From positions 1 through 34,087 of the forward strand of contig JAURMD010000161.1 in assembly GCA_030830875.1 (NCBI GenBank): DNA of 34,087 bases, read 5' to 3'. Source of the DNA: Thermoplasmatota archaeon. GTDB taxonomy: Archaea > Thermoplasmatota > Poseidoniia > Poseidoniales > Poseidoniaceae. Every line of letters begins with the position of its first letter. Position 1 is the stretch's first letter. Positions 9,200 to 19,200 of this stretch are shown here, piece after piece. A program made the translations under genes and the position numbers. Below the pieces are notes generated by a model that saw only the letters and a program-made list of their open reading frames with translations, did no database searches and was not told where the DNA came from.

Positions 9200-10009
9200 A
9201 TGGTACGAGTCCCAAAGAAACGGTACGAGGCGGAACTTTCCCGCTTGCAGCTTGAATTGTTGCAGATGCAGGCGTGGGTGCAATCGACGGGCGCTCGCCT
9301 TGTGGTCATCTTCGAAGGGCGGGATGCTGCCGGAAAAGGAGGGGTCATCAAGCGCATCATCGAGCACCTCAACCCACGGGCGGTGCGGGTGGTCGCCCTG
9401 CCAAAGCCAACCGAACGTGAGCGTGGTGAATGGTACTTCCAGCGTTACGTGTCTCACCTCCCAACCGCGGGTGAGGTGGTCTTGTTCGACCGTTCATGGT
9501 ACAATAGGGCAGGTGTTGAACGGGTGATGGGCTTCTGCAGCGACGAGGAGCACGCACGGTTTCTGAAGGCCGTGCCGGCCTTCGAGCAGATGCTCATTGA
9601 CGATGGCATCATGCTCAGGAAATACTGGTTCTCCGTGTCGGCCGAGGAGCAGCACGCACGCTTTCAGGCCCGCGCCGATGAGGCGCACAAACGTTGGAAA
9701 TTGAGCCCAATGGATCTTGCCTCCCTTGACAAGTGGTCCGAGTACAGCCATGCGAAGGACGAGATGTTCGCACACACCGACACGGAAGCGTCTCCTTGGT
9801 ACGTGGTCGATGCTGAAGACCAGCGCCACGCTCGATTGGATTGCATACATCACCTTCTCAGCACCGTGCCGTACGAGGGAAGGGAGCCACAACCGCTCGA
9901 CGTCCCGCCACGTCCGGTGACCTCAGACGCTCCACGTCCTCCGAAGCACGACCTCCATTGGGTGCCAGCCTGGCACGAGACCTTGCTTGAAGGGTTGAAA
10001 ACCCGTTGA
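9200..10009 (+). CDS. ppk2: Polyphosphate kinase 2, single domain, class I-like
   Basis: FEGRDAAGKGG Walker A, WYFQRY, FDRSWYNR (Asn typical of class I), WKLSPMD. Confidence 0.95.
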   Translation: MVRVPKKRYEAELSRLQLELLQMQAWVQSTGARLVVIFEGRDAAGKGGVIKRIIEHLNPRAVRVVALPKPTERERGEWYFQRYVSHLPTAGEVVLFDRSWYNRAGVERVMGFCSDEEHARFLKAVPAFEQMLIDDGIMLRKYWFSVSAEEQHARFQARADEAHKRWKLSPMDLASLDKWSEYSHAKDEMFAHTDTEASPWYVVDAEDQRHARLDCIHHLLSTVPYEGREPQPLDVPPRPVTSDAPRPPKHDLHWVPAWHETLLEGLKTR

Positions 10010-10034
10010 TATTCTCAACCTCACCTTTCAAATC

Positions 10035-10243
10035 GTGAGAAACGTCGGTGGTGCAGAGCGGTTGGCTCGGGTCATCTTTGGAACAGGTTTCGTGGTCGCC
10101 GATTTCTTCGCGAGCGTTCAGATTGAATTCCTCTTTCTTGGGGTGGGCCTGTGGGGGTGCTCACGTCCGCATTCGGTTACTGTCCCTTCAACGGCTTGAT
10201 GGGGCGAAACACGTGTGCAGTGGACTTCAACTCCGGTGCGTGA
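10035..10243 (+). pseudogene. DUF2892/YgaP-like small membrane protein with a frameshift in a G-run
   Basis: From GTG 10035: MRNVGGAERLARVIFGTGF...LGVGLWG. Adding one G to the G5 run at 10153-10157 continues as VLTSAFGYCPFNGLMGRNTCAVDFNSGA*, matching the NVG..(D/E)R..R / G(Y/F)CP...G.NTC pattern of DUF2892. May be a sequencing error. Confidence 0.75.
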
Positions 10244-10246
10244 GGG

Positions 10247-11743
10247 TCAGGCACCGGTGATCAGCCGATGCAGGGTTCGCACGTGCACACCTGTGGCGCC
10301 ATGCGCAACCATCGTGTTGGATTTCGCGCCCCAAAAGGTCCCTGCGATGTCCATGTGGGCCCACGGCACCTGCTCCGCGTCCTTGCCTTCGCTTTGGTTC
10401 GGCACGAACTGCTTGAGGAAGGCCGCGGCGGTGTTTGCACCCCCCCAACGGCCGGCCCCGAGGTTTCGGGTGTCGGCGATCTTTGAGTCGGTCATTTCCT
10501 TCTCGAACGCAGGCAGCAGCGGCATCGGCCATGCGAGTTCACCGACGGCGTTGCCCGCGTCATGGATGCGGGCCCGCAGGTCGTCGTCGTTGGACCACAG
10601 ACCCGTGGCTTCGTGACCAAGCGCCACGACGCATGCGCCCGTCAGCGTGGCCAGGTCGACGATGTACTCCGGCTCATATTCACCGGCCTTCCAAAGGCCA
10701 TCGGCGAGGACCAGGCGGCCTTCGGCGTCGGTGTTGAGGACTTCGATGGTCTTGCCGGAATAGCTTCGGATGACGTCCCCAGGGCGCGTCGCGTTGGCCG
10801 AGGGCATGTTCTCGGCCATGCAGGCGATGCCCGTGACCTTGCCTTCCCAGCCGGTTTCAACAAGCGCTTGAATCAGGCCGAAGACCACGGTGGAACCCCC
10901 CATGTCGTACTTCATCTCGTCCATGCCTGCAGCAGGTTTGATTGAAATGCCGCCGGTGTCGAAGGTGATGCCCTTGCCCACGATGACAGGGGCCTTGCCG
11001 GACACCTGCTTGTTCAGACTGAAAATAACCATGCAGGGTTTCCGTTCTGAGCCTTGGCCAACGGCACAGAGGCCACCCATACCTTTGTCTCGGGCTTCCT
11101 CGTAACGGATCACCGTCACCTCAAGGTTGGGCACAGACTTCGCATATTCTTCCGCCAATGAAGCGTATGCCATTGGGTACATGTCGTTCGGAGGGCAGTT
11201 TCCAAGGTCACGGGAGCGGTGAACGCCCTTCACCACGCCAGCGATGTGCTTCACACGCTCGGTGAGGGGGCCCGTGTCTTCGTCCTTGCAATGCAGACGA
11301 ACCACAAGTTCGGCCCCGTCGTCCTCGTCGTCCTCGTCCTTGGACAGGTAGGCGTCGTAGCGGTAATCGCGAAGGAGCAACCCCTCCGCCATGGCGGACA
11401 GCTCGTCCAAACTCGCACCTTCGGTGGCGACGGTGAGTTCCTTTCCATGGCTTGGTTTGATGGCGGCCACAACAGCTGCACCCGTCTCCCTCCAGACGTC
11501 GAGGTCCACCTTGTCCTCAGGGCCGAGGCCGATGAGCAACGCACGCCCGTCTTCAGCACCCACGAGGCTCAGGACCTCGCCCTTCTTTCCTTTGAAATCG
11601 CCACCCTCGAGGGCACGAGCGACCTGGTGCTTCAGCGAAGCGGGCACGCCTGTAAGCGTGGCTTCCGCCACATCGTCCCCCTTGACGAGTGGAAGGACAA
11701 GCGTGCCGTTGCTGGTGTTGGTTGGACTGACGTCGATGCGCAT
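10247..11743 (-). CDS. pepA: Leucyl aminopeptidase (peptidase M17)
   Basis: VGKGITFDTGGISIKP, MKYDMGG, AENMP, NTDAEGRL, ATLTGA, WAHMDIAG. Start ATG 11743. Confidence 0.95.
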   Translation of the reverse strand: MRIDVSPTNTSNGTLVLPLVKGDDVAEATLTGVPASLKHQVARALEGGDFKGKKGEVLSLVGAEDGRALLIGLGPEDKVDLDVWRETGAAVVAAIKPSHGKELTVATEGASLDELSAMAEGLLLRDYRYDAYLSKDEDDEDDGAELVVRLHCKDEDTGPLTERVKHIAGVVKGVHRSRDLGNCPPNDMYPMAYASLAEEYAKSVPNLEVTVIRYEEARDKGMGGLCAVGQGSERKPCMVIFSLNKQVSGKAPVIVGKGITFDTGGISIKPAAGMDEMKYDMGGSTVVFGLIQALVETGWEGKVTGIACMAENMPSANATRPGDVIRSYSGKTIEVLNTDAEGRLVLADGLWKAGEYEPEYIVDLATLTGACVVALGHEATGLWSNDDDLRARIHDAGNAVGELAWPMPLLPAFEKEMTDSKIADTRNLGAGRWGGANTAAAFLKQFVPNQSEGKDAEQVPWAHMDIAGTFWGAKSNTMVAHGATGVHVRTLHRLITGA

Positions 11744-11777
11744 AGGAAGCCCCGATGCCGCTCCGGGGCGAAGCACT

Positions 11778-13139
11778 TCAATGCTCGCCACGGTCGTTGT
11801 CCTCGTCACGTTCACGGGCTTTTCGCTCGACGGCCACGGCTGCGATGAGGCTGGCGACAAGGAGCGGGGCCGTTCCAAAGGGCAACGCGGAGCCTTCGAT
11901 TGACGGTCGGAGGTTCACCACCGTCGACGGGACGCTTTCGTTCACCCACTGGGCAGCGTCAATCACGCGTTTCTGGTAGTTCAGGTTCCACGTGCCGCCC
12001 TGCTCAACCAGACTTCGTTTGAATGGAAAAACCGCTGCGGCATTGGCGCTCGCGTTGACCGTGAACATCGAAGATGCCCAAAGCACCTCACCTTCTTGGT
12101 TGTGGTATTCCAGCGAGGCGTTCGCGGTGGTGGCGTGGCCGAGGTTTTCCACGTTGATGGTGACCTCGTCGTCACCGATGACAAGGGAAGCAACCTCGAG
12201 CCGAGCACGCCAATACCACACGTTCTCAATCAGGTACTCCATCACATCGAGTTCCTCACCAAGCCTGCTTGAGAGGGGCTCGGTGGTTCCCGGCAGCCAT
12301 TGTTCGTCGTCTGTTTCGAAGGTGAAGGTTGGAAAACCCATCACGCCATAGCCGTAGTCACGGCTCGTACCCGAATTTGGGTAGAGGCCTTGGTTCGCGT
12401 TCTGAATCGGGATGTCCGAAATGCCGTCATGGACGACGTCCCGGATGTAATGGAAGAGTTCCCAATCCACCGGCTGGTCAGGGACAATACCCCACGGGTA
12501 GAGCATGATCCACACGCCGGTGTGCATGGTGACGTACAGGTCGGCGTTCGGAACCACCTCGCGCATGTAGATCCCGTTGGCCGTCGTTTCAGGCTCGCTG
12601 AAGGGGCCGCTTCCCGGCTGGGTTTCGTCGTGTTCGTTCCAATGGTGGTCGTAGTTCCGATTCAAGTCAACCTGCCGAACATTCCAGCGCGTGTCCATGT
12701 CGTTTCCGTCGGCGTTCAGCATGACCAAGATGTGCAACTCCGTGGTTTGAAGCACCTTGACGACTGCTTCGTCCCCCTCAGCCCAGCCTTCGATGTAGTG
12801 CTCCGCCACCAAGAAAGCGAGGGCGGTCCCAAGGTGCTCGTTCCCGTGATGACCCCCGTCGATGTAGACCACTTCCTTCTTGGTCCCGTCGGGTTTGGTG
12901 TCTACGCTCCAATCGGAGATGCGCACCACGTGGAGCGCGCGCCCAAGGACCGTTTCGCCCGCAGACGTGAGGTCCACGATGTCAGGATGGTCATCGGCCC
13001 ATGCGTTGACGTCGAGCGTCAGTTGAGCATGGGTGTGGTAGATGTGCTCCTGCACAATGTCGGGCTGCTGGGCCTGCACCACGCCGGAACAGAGGGTCGC
13101 AAGGACGATGGTTGCGAGAAGGATGGCTCGCCCGCGCAT
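11778..13139 (-). CDS. Secreted, C-terminally anchored zinc carboxypeptidase (peptidase M14)
   Basis: Signal peptide (MRGRAILLATIVLATLCSGVVQA), HHGNE, DLNRNY, SEPET, TMHTG, catalytic Glu in FET, and a C-terminal hydrophobic helix followed by charged residues. Confidence 0.9.
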   Translation of the reverse strand: MRGRAILLATIVLATLCSGVVQAQQPDIVQEHIYHTHAQLTLDVNAWADDHPDIVDLTSAGETVLGRALHVVRISDWSVDTKPDGTKKEVVYIDGGHHGNEHLGTALAFLVAEHYIEGWAEGDEAVVKVLQTTELHILVMLNADGNDMDTRWNVRQVDLNRNYDHHWNEHDETQPGSGPFSEPETTANGIYMREVVPNADLYVTMHTGVWIMLYPWGIVPDQPVDWELFHYIRDVVHDGISDIPIQNANQGLYPNSGTSRDYGYGVMGFPTFTFETDDEQWLPGTTEPLSSRLGEELDVMEYLIENVWYWRARLEVASLVIGDDEVTINVENLGHATTANASLEYHNQEGEVLWASSMFTVNASANAAAVFPFKRSLVEQGGTWNLNYQKRVIDAAQWVNESVPSTVVNLRPSIEGSALPFGTAPLLVASLIAAVAVERKARERDEDNDRGEH

Positions 13140-13194
13140 GGCATGACCACGCAATATGGTCTGAAGACCCTTGCCGCTGGTCCGCATCACGCGT

Positions 13195-13614
13195 TCACCA
13201 GTCGGAGGTGAAGGCGTTGGGGTTCGTTACACGTTCGGATTCACGCATCCAGATCGTGGAGCCGTCGCCAGCGTAGATGTCGGCGTACGGGTCCGCGTCG
13301 TCGCTGTCGAGGTTGCGCTGCATGTACGCCTCGACGCGCTCGCGAAGGTCGGGCTTGAATTTCCAGTAGTGAATGCGCCATTCGCGACCGTCCCAGAGCG
13401 TGGTTTCTTCGGATTCCGTGGTGAGCAGGTCCCAATCTTGGAACATGTAGAACAAGTTGCGGTCGTTGGGTTCCAAGGCATTGTCAATGATGCGGTTGTA
13501 GAAACCAAAGAAGCCGAGGGCGTGTTCTGCCATGCCGCGGGCGACCTCCATGTCCATGTCCGTGTCGATGTGCTGCTGGATGGCGCGCGTCAGGTCCTCA
13601 AGGGTCATGCTCAT
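13195..13614 (-). CDS. Conserved Thermoplasmatota protein (DUF6015-like)
   Basis: Only the 3' 139 codons of the 490-aa track ORF look real: LGFFGFYNRIIDNALEP.DR..FY...D..LLTTE.EETTL.DGREWRIHYW. GGTGA RBS before ATG 13614. Confidence 0.8.
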   Translation of the reverse strand: MSMTLEDLTRAIQQHIDTDMDMEVARGMAEHALGFFGFYNRIIDNALEPNDRNLFYMFQDWDLLTTESEETTLWDGREWRIHYWKFKPDLRERVEAYMQRNLDSDDADPYADIYAGDGSTIWMRESERVTNPNAFTSDW

Positions 13615-13661
13615 CCGAATCACCGTTTCCGCCGCGTGACAACATTCTCCCGCGACGGTAG

Positions 13662-13690
13662 TGTATATTGTTCGACACCCTATATGAACA
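13662..13690. promoter_or_regulatory. AT-rich divergent promoter region (TATA-like elements on both strands)
   Basis: GTGTATATTG and CCTATATGAA in a GC-rich background, between the divergent DUF6015-like and agmatinase genes. Confidence 0.5.
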
Positions 13691-13719
13691 ATCCGAGGGA
13701 TGTGCTGACCTGAAGGACG

Positions 13720-14766
13720 TTGGCCTACGCCAATCCTCATCATCTTGCACCGTTCCGAGGAAGCATGGAGGGCAAGGTTCCAACCATGCTCGGGCTCGAT
13801 GAGGATGCATGGGCCGCGCCGGACGTGGTCGTGCTTCCACTGCCGTACGAGCTGACAACCTCCTACGGGCAAGGGACGGCGGACGGCCCAATGGCCTGCC
13901 TGGAGGCCAGCGCACAGGTAGAACTGCACGACGTCGTCCTTGAGGAGGACCTCCCTGCGGGGTTGACGTTTCGAACGGAACGCCCTTGGTCGAGCGAGGC
14001 GGGCAACCTTCTCGAGCAACTCGATGATCTGGAAGGTTACGTCCGACCATGGGCTGCAGGTGATGTGTTTCCCCTCGCCCTTGGTGGAGAGCACGGCATC
14101 CTCCCTCCGGTGCTGGCCGCGATGCGGGATCACCCCGCGCTTGAGGGCGACCTCAGCCGCCTTACCGTGGTACAGATCGACGCACACGCCGACCTCCGTT
14201 CGGAATTGGACGGCGAAGTCTGGTCGCACGCATGCGCCGCTGCACGCGCCCTTGATTTGGGTGTAGGCCGCCTTATCCAACTCGGCATTCGAGCACATTC
14301 GCTCGAGGAAGAGCAGCGAATACGAGATGACGACCGCATCGAAACCCATTTCGCTCGAAATCTGATGTCCCCCTGCGGTGGTGCCGCAGCGTGGGCACGC
14401 CTCATAGCGTCGTTGAACGCCATCGAAGGACCGGTTCATCTGACCATTGACATCGACGGATTGGACGGAACGCTTGTTCCCGCGACCGGAACGCCGGTGC
14501 CAGGAGGCCTTACGTTTTGGCACGCCTTCGAGGCCATCGATGCCGTGTTTGGAGCGGCGAAAGCCACCGTCGTCAGTGCCGACGTCAACGAAATTTGCCG
14601 GCAGGAAGGCTCTCCTTTGACCCAATTTACCGCTGCAATGTTGGCCACGAAGGTGATTGGAGCGCACGTAAACGCACGACGGGAGGGTCGCTGGACTGCA
14701 TCTTGTTCTTCGACACCGGGGCCACGCCCGTCCGCTCCTCGGAACACGTTTTCATGGTGGAATTGA
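13720..14766 (+). CDS. speB: Agmatinase (ureohydrolase family)
   Basis: PYELTTSYGQGT..GP, GGEH, DAHADL, DIDGLD, ATGTPVPGGL. Start uncertain (TTG 13720 or a downstream ATG). Confidence 0.9.
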   Translation: MAYANPHHLAPFRGSMEGKVPTMLGLDEDAWAAPDVVVLPLPYELTTSYGQGTADGPMACLEASAQVELHDVVLEEDLPAGLTFRTERPWSSEAGNLLEQLDDLEGYVRPWAAGDVFPLALGGEHGILPPVLAAMRDHPALEGDLSRLTVVQIDAHADLRSELDGEVWSHACAAARALDLGVGRLIQLGIRAHSLEEEQRIRDDDRIETHFARNLMSPCGGAAAWARLIASLNAIEGPVHLTIDIDGLDGTLVPATGTPVPGGLTFWHAFEAIDAVFGAAKATVVSADVNEICRQEGSPLTQFTAAMLATKVIGAHVNARREGRWTASCSSTPGPRPSAPRNTFSWWN

Positions 14767-14783
14767 AACATCCTTGACAGGAT

Positions 14784-15230
14784 ATGCATAAAAGCCCGAG
14801 TTCATCCGCTCGCGCATTGACCCACCAACCGCCTGAAGGCTCCCACGGCAAGCATGTGGTGCTTGACTTCACCGGGTATGCCCCTCCGGTCGCTGACGAT
14901 GGCGGTTGGATGCTCGAGGTGATGCGCGCTGCGGTTGGGCGGAGCACCGCCCGCGAAGTGCACGCACACGTCGAACGGTTTGATGGTGCTGTGTCCCCTC
15001 CCGGCTTTGCCGCAGTGGTGCTTCTTGACGAAAGTCACGTGAGCGCGCACTGCTACTCCGAACTTGGTTGGCTCGCTGTTGACTGCTTTACCTGTGGCTC
15101 GACCGACCCGATCGGCATCGCGGACGACATTTCGGCAGCCCTCATTGCCGCGATGCCAGACCTTGTCCTGCGCCACCGCGCTGAAATGCCCCGCTTCGTG
15201 CACGGCGAGGTGGTACACCTGGGGGCCTGA
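14784..15230 (+). CDS. speD: Pyruvoyl-dependent decarboxylase proenzyme, SpeD/AdoMetDC class 1b family (substrate may be arginine)
   Basis: GKHVVLD, LLDE-SH autocleavage site, DCFTCG. The canonical HTWPE reads HCYSE here. Confidence 0.8.
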   Translation: MHKSPSSSARALTHQPPEGSHGKHVVLDFTGYAPPVADDGGWMLEVMRAAVGRSTAREVHAHVERFDGAVSPPGFAAVVLLDESHVSAHCYSELGWLAVDCFTCGSTDPIGIADDISAALIAAMPDLVLRHRAEMPRFVHGEVVHLGA

Positions 15231-15232
15231 GG

Positions 15233-16192
15233 ATGTCGGTCCGCGACTTCGTGGACCATCATTACGAACACTTCAACGCGGGTACGTTGCGAGAAACAGC
15301 CCACAGCCTTGTGCAGTTCCTCCACGATGGAGGGAAATTGATGCTGACCTTGGCGGGAGCGATGAGCACGGCGGGAATGGGGCGGCTCATCGCGCCAATG
15401 ATCCGTGCAGGTCACATCGGCGCGGTTTCCTGCACAGGTGCGAACCTCGAGGAAGACGTCTTTCGACTCGTGGCCCACGACCACTACGAGCGCCTCCCCA
15501 ATTGGCGCGACCTGTCCGCCGAAGATGAGGTGGCCCTTCTTGAGCGCGGCATGAACCGCGTGACCGACGTATGCATTCCCGAGGAAGAAGCGTTCCGAGC
15601 CCTCGAAGGGCACCTGCTCAAGCGCTGGCGCTCGGCCGGTGAAGCGGGCACGCGTGCCCTGCCGCATCGCTACCTCTACGACCTCCTCACCTCGGGCGAT
15701 TTGGACGGTGCGATGCAGGCCGACCCAACGACGAGTTGGCTGCTCGCCGCAGCCGAAGCCGACTTGCCCTTGCTCGTGCCGGGATGGGAGGATTCGACCT
15801 TGGGCAACATCCTGACTGCTCGCGTCCTGCAAGGTGAGGTGGCTTCCACGGATGTTGTGCGTGGAGGTTTGGACTACATGTTGGAGCTCGCGCAATGGTA
15901 TCAGGCACAACAAGGCCCCATTGGTTTCCTTCAGGTTGGTGGTGGAATCGCCGGAGATTTCCCAATTTGCGTGGTACCGATGCTGAATCAAGACCTCGAC
16001 CATGGCGTCCCGCTCTGGTCCTGGTTCGCTCAAATCTCGGAGTCGTCGACCTCCTACGGTGGCTATTCAGGAGCCCCTCCTAACGAGAAGATCACGTGGG
16101 GGAAACTCTCACCCACCACCCCCCGCTTCATCATCGAGTCTGACGCGACCATCGTGCTCCCGCTGCTGATCGGGTACGTGCTCGACCTCTGA
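15233..16192 (+). CDS. Deoxyhypusine synthase family protein, bacterial DHS-like/homospermidine synthase type
   Basis: HFNA, LAGAMST, TGANLEED, GGGIAGDFPIC, SYGGYSGAPPNEKITWGKL (catalytic Lys), IESDATIV. Confidence 0.88.
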   Translation: MSVRDFVDHHYEHFNAGTLRETAHSLVQFLHDGGKLMLTLAGAMSTAGMGRLIAPMIRAGHIGAVSCTGANLEEDVFRLVAHDHYERLPNWRDLSAEDEVALLERGMNRVTDVCIPEEEAFRALEGHLLKRWRSAGEAGTRALPHRYLYDLLTSGDLDGAMQADPTTSWLLAAAEADLPLLVPGWEDSTLGNILTARVLQGEVASTDVVRGGLDYMLELAQWYQAQQGPIGFLQVGGGIAGDFPICVVPMLNQDLDHGVPLWSWFAQISESSTSYGGYSGAPPNEKITWGKLSPTTPRFIIESDATIVLPLLIGYVLDL

Positions 16193-16236
16193 CAATTGGC
16201 AGACACCCATATGAGGGTCCATGATGAGGTTCTGTC

Positions 16237-19200
16237 ATGGGAGCGCGTGCCATCGGCCTTGTCCTGCTCTTGATGTTCGCCCTCATACCCTCTCCAGCGC
16301 AGGGAGACCTCGTCACGCCTGAATTGGTTGTGGACTGGCAAGGCGACGGTGCCGGGCACCGGTATGAACTCCGCATGGGCGATGATGCTTCGTACGATAT
16401 CAACGTCATCCTCGAGATTGAGCGGAGCCTACAGTCGCTGCAGCCTGAGGTCAATGTCACGTGGTCCACCGTCGAAGGTCGTTCTGTCGCGACACTCAAC
16501 GCCGACCTCGCCCCCGAATGGGGCGATGACGTTCATCTTGAAGTGACGGTGTTGACCAAGGACGGAGAGGCCGTAACTGGGCCGGTCCTCAACCGGGCGT
16601 TCACCGTCGGGCGGTGGAACCAACCGATGGACGACCACGAATTGACCACCACCTCATCATGGACCCTCGAGCAGCGCCGAACCAACAACGATGGACCGCA
16701 AGCCTTCGTGCTCGATTTTAGCGGTCATGGTTGGCAACAGCGCGTCGACAACCGGCTGGATTCCTGGGACCTTGGCGATGGCTCCCTCTTGATGCTCGAA
16801 ACCATCGATTCGTCCACCATGGATCTGAACCTTACCCTTGACCGGGTGTGGCGGAACCAATCGAGCATCGGTGGCGTGGTCACCAGCACGGTGTTCGATG
16901 CCTCGGGTTACGGCTCGCTCATCCTCATTGACACGTCTGGAGGACTCCGAAGCGTGGTGACGACAACGGTGTCGGAGGCCAGCCTCAACCGTTCTGTGGT
17001 GCTTGGCGTCGTTGACGAACGCCTTCGGATTGAGGCGAACGGAAGCCTGAGTGTGAACGAAGATGATCAGGAAGAGGCGGGTGGGCAGTACGACCTCGAT
17101 GGAACCGTTTCGGTGCTTCTGCTCGAGCTTTGGGACGAGAACGGAACCCGCAGACTTGACCACCAGCAGGTCGAGGCTCAGGCCAACCTGGTCCTGATTG
17201 AAGACGGGACAAGGATGGACCTGGATTTGGACGCATTCTCTTCTCTGCAGCGATGGGAAGACGGCGTGCGCGTCGATCAACACGAGTTGTTGAAAGGTGA
17301 AGGCACCTTTGGTTTTGAGGACCAAGATGAGAACGCGACCATGGTCGTGAACGGCACGGTGCACCGTTTCCATCAAGAAAGCGTCGACGGCATCACCACC
17401 CAAGACACGCTCCACGTGGACGGAACGCTTTCCGGTGATGTTCAGGGCACCTTCGGGGTCGTTCGCGGCATTGAGGCGACGACCACGACGATGAACGCTT
17501 CTGGCGTGACATTCGACGTAAACGTCATTCATCAGGAAGATTGGTTCAACATTTCGGGCCTTGGTGGTGGGTCTTTCCTCGATGGGGCTGGCGTAGGGGC
17601 CCACCACAACGAATCGTGGTCGTACGATGTGGTGGGCATCGATTACGACAACCGAACCGTTCGTCTCATTTGGGAACAAACAGGACCCGATCCCTCGGAG
17701 GGTGACGAACGACCACCCCGTTCACCGGTTCCTCTCGAGGCCCAAGCGCCAGAACCGGTTGACGGACTTGGGGAGGTTGACGTTGGGCGTGAGACAGGAC
17801 TTGTGCCAATCCCCATGCAGGCAGGAGACCGTGTCGTGCTCAATGGACAGGAAGGCCTCACGATGCAGGTTCAGGTGATCGAGCAGAGCACCGACGTCGC
17901 CGATGGGCGTACCTTCACCACCGTTCGATGGAGTGGGACCTACCTCGATGTTGAAGGAACGGCGAGCGGTCAGCTCGTTGCCGTAGGGCCGTTGTCCGGG
18001 CTCTCCACGAGCGTTGTTCGAAGCGTCGAAGTTCCCTATGGCGAAGAAAGCGACGTGGCGTGGCTCAATGAAACCCAACACCTCGATCGGGTCCTTTCCC
18101 CTTCGGTGGTGACGGAGGGCCAAAACACCCTTCCCGCACTTGTTTCGCTGTTGACCCCATCCGGCAGTGCCGTTGCAGAAGGTGGACGAAGTGCGGTGCT
18201 CGTCGCGGAGGTGGAGGACCCTGATTGGAACCTGCGGGAGGTCGTGGCGGACCTCTCGGCGCTCGGCCTTGGTCTTCGGTCTTTGAACGACAAGGGGCTT
18301 GACGGAGACACCTCCGTTGGGGACGACCGCTGGAGCACGGTGGTGTCCATCGTGGACGGCAACGTTGGCGTCTTCTCGGTCCCGGTCACGATGACCGATG
18401 CGTTTGGAGAGGTGATCGATGCCACGTGGTCCATCAATGTGGAAAACCCAGGGCCGCGGGCGGTTGGATTTGATATCGTTCCGGACCGAGTTGAACGCGG
18501 CTCGACCGTGATCATCGAGGTTACCGTGGTGGACCAGCACGGCGTGGAGTCCGTGAATCTCGATCTCTCGTTGCTCGGTGGAGGAGTGGAAGCGATGGAG
18601 CGTGTGGATGGAACCGACCGATGGGGCCTCAGCTTTGAGGTCCCTTCCACCTCAATACCTGGAACGGTGCAGTTGTTCTTGGAGATGACCGACGGTCAAG
18701 GTGCTACCCGCCGCAGCAGCGTGACCGTCGATTCCCGTCGTGGACTTGTGGGCCCCTTCTCGGGGGATGGGGTTGCTGAGCCCGTTCCGTTGGAGTTACT
18801 TGTGTTGAACGATGCGCCGAGCATTGTTGTTCCACCTCGTCTCGAGTTGAAGACCGACGACCGTGGTCGGTGCGTGCCGTACGAAGTCGAGGTCTCCGAC
18901 CTCGATGGTGTCCGCACCGTCCAAATTGACAGAGGAACCCTGACCCCCCTCGGAAGCAACGCTGGATGGTCCGATATGGTTGATGATGGAAGCCAAGGGG
19001 ACCTCGTCGCGGGTGACGGCATCTGGACCTCTTGCGTTGAAGTGCGGAGCGGTACCCCGTTGGGCGCCCATGAACTTCTGCTGAGGGCATCGGACGTGTT
19101 TGGGGCCGTTTCTCCGAGCGCTTCGGCGGTGGTCAGCCTTGCAGTGGGCGACGATCCGACTCAACCAGGTCGTGGGGTGTCGCAGGGTATCCTGTGGGTA

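Noticed and set aside
13615-14667. N-terminal 350 aa of the 490-aa minus-strand ORF
   Set aside because: Antisense to agmatinase; only the part from ATG 13614 looks like a real protein.
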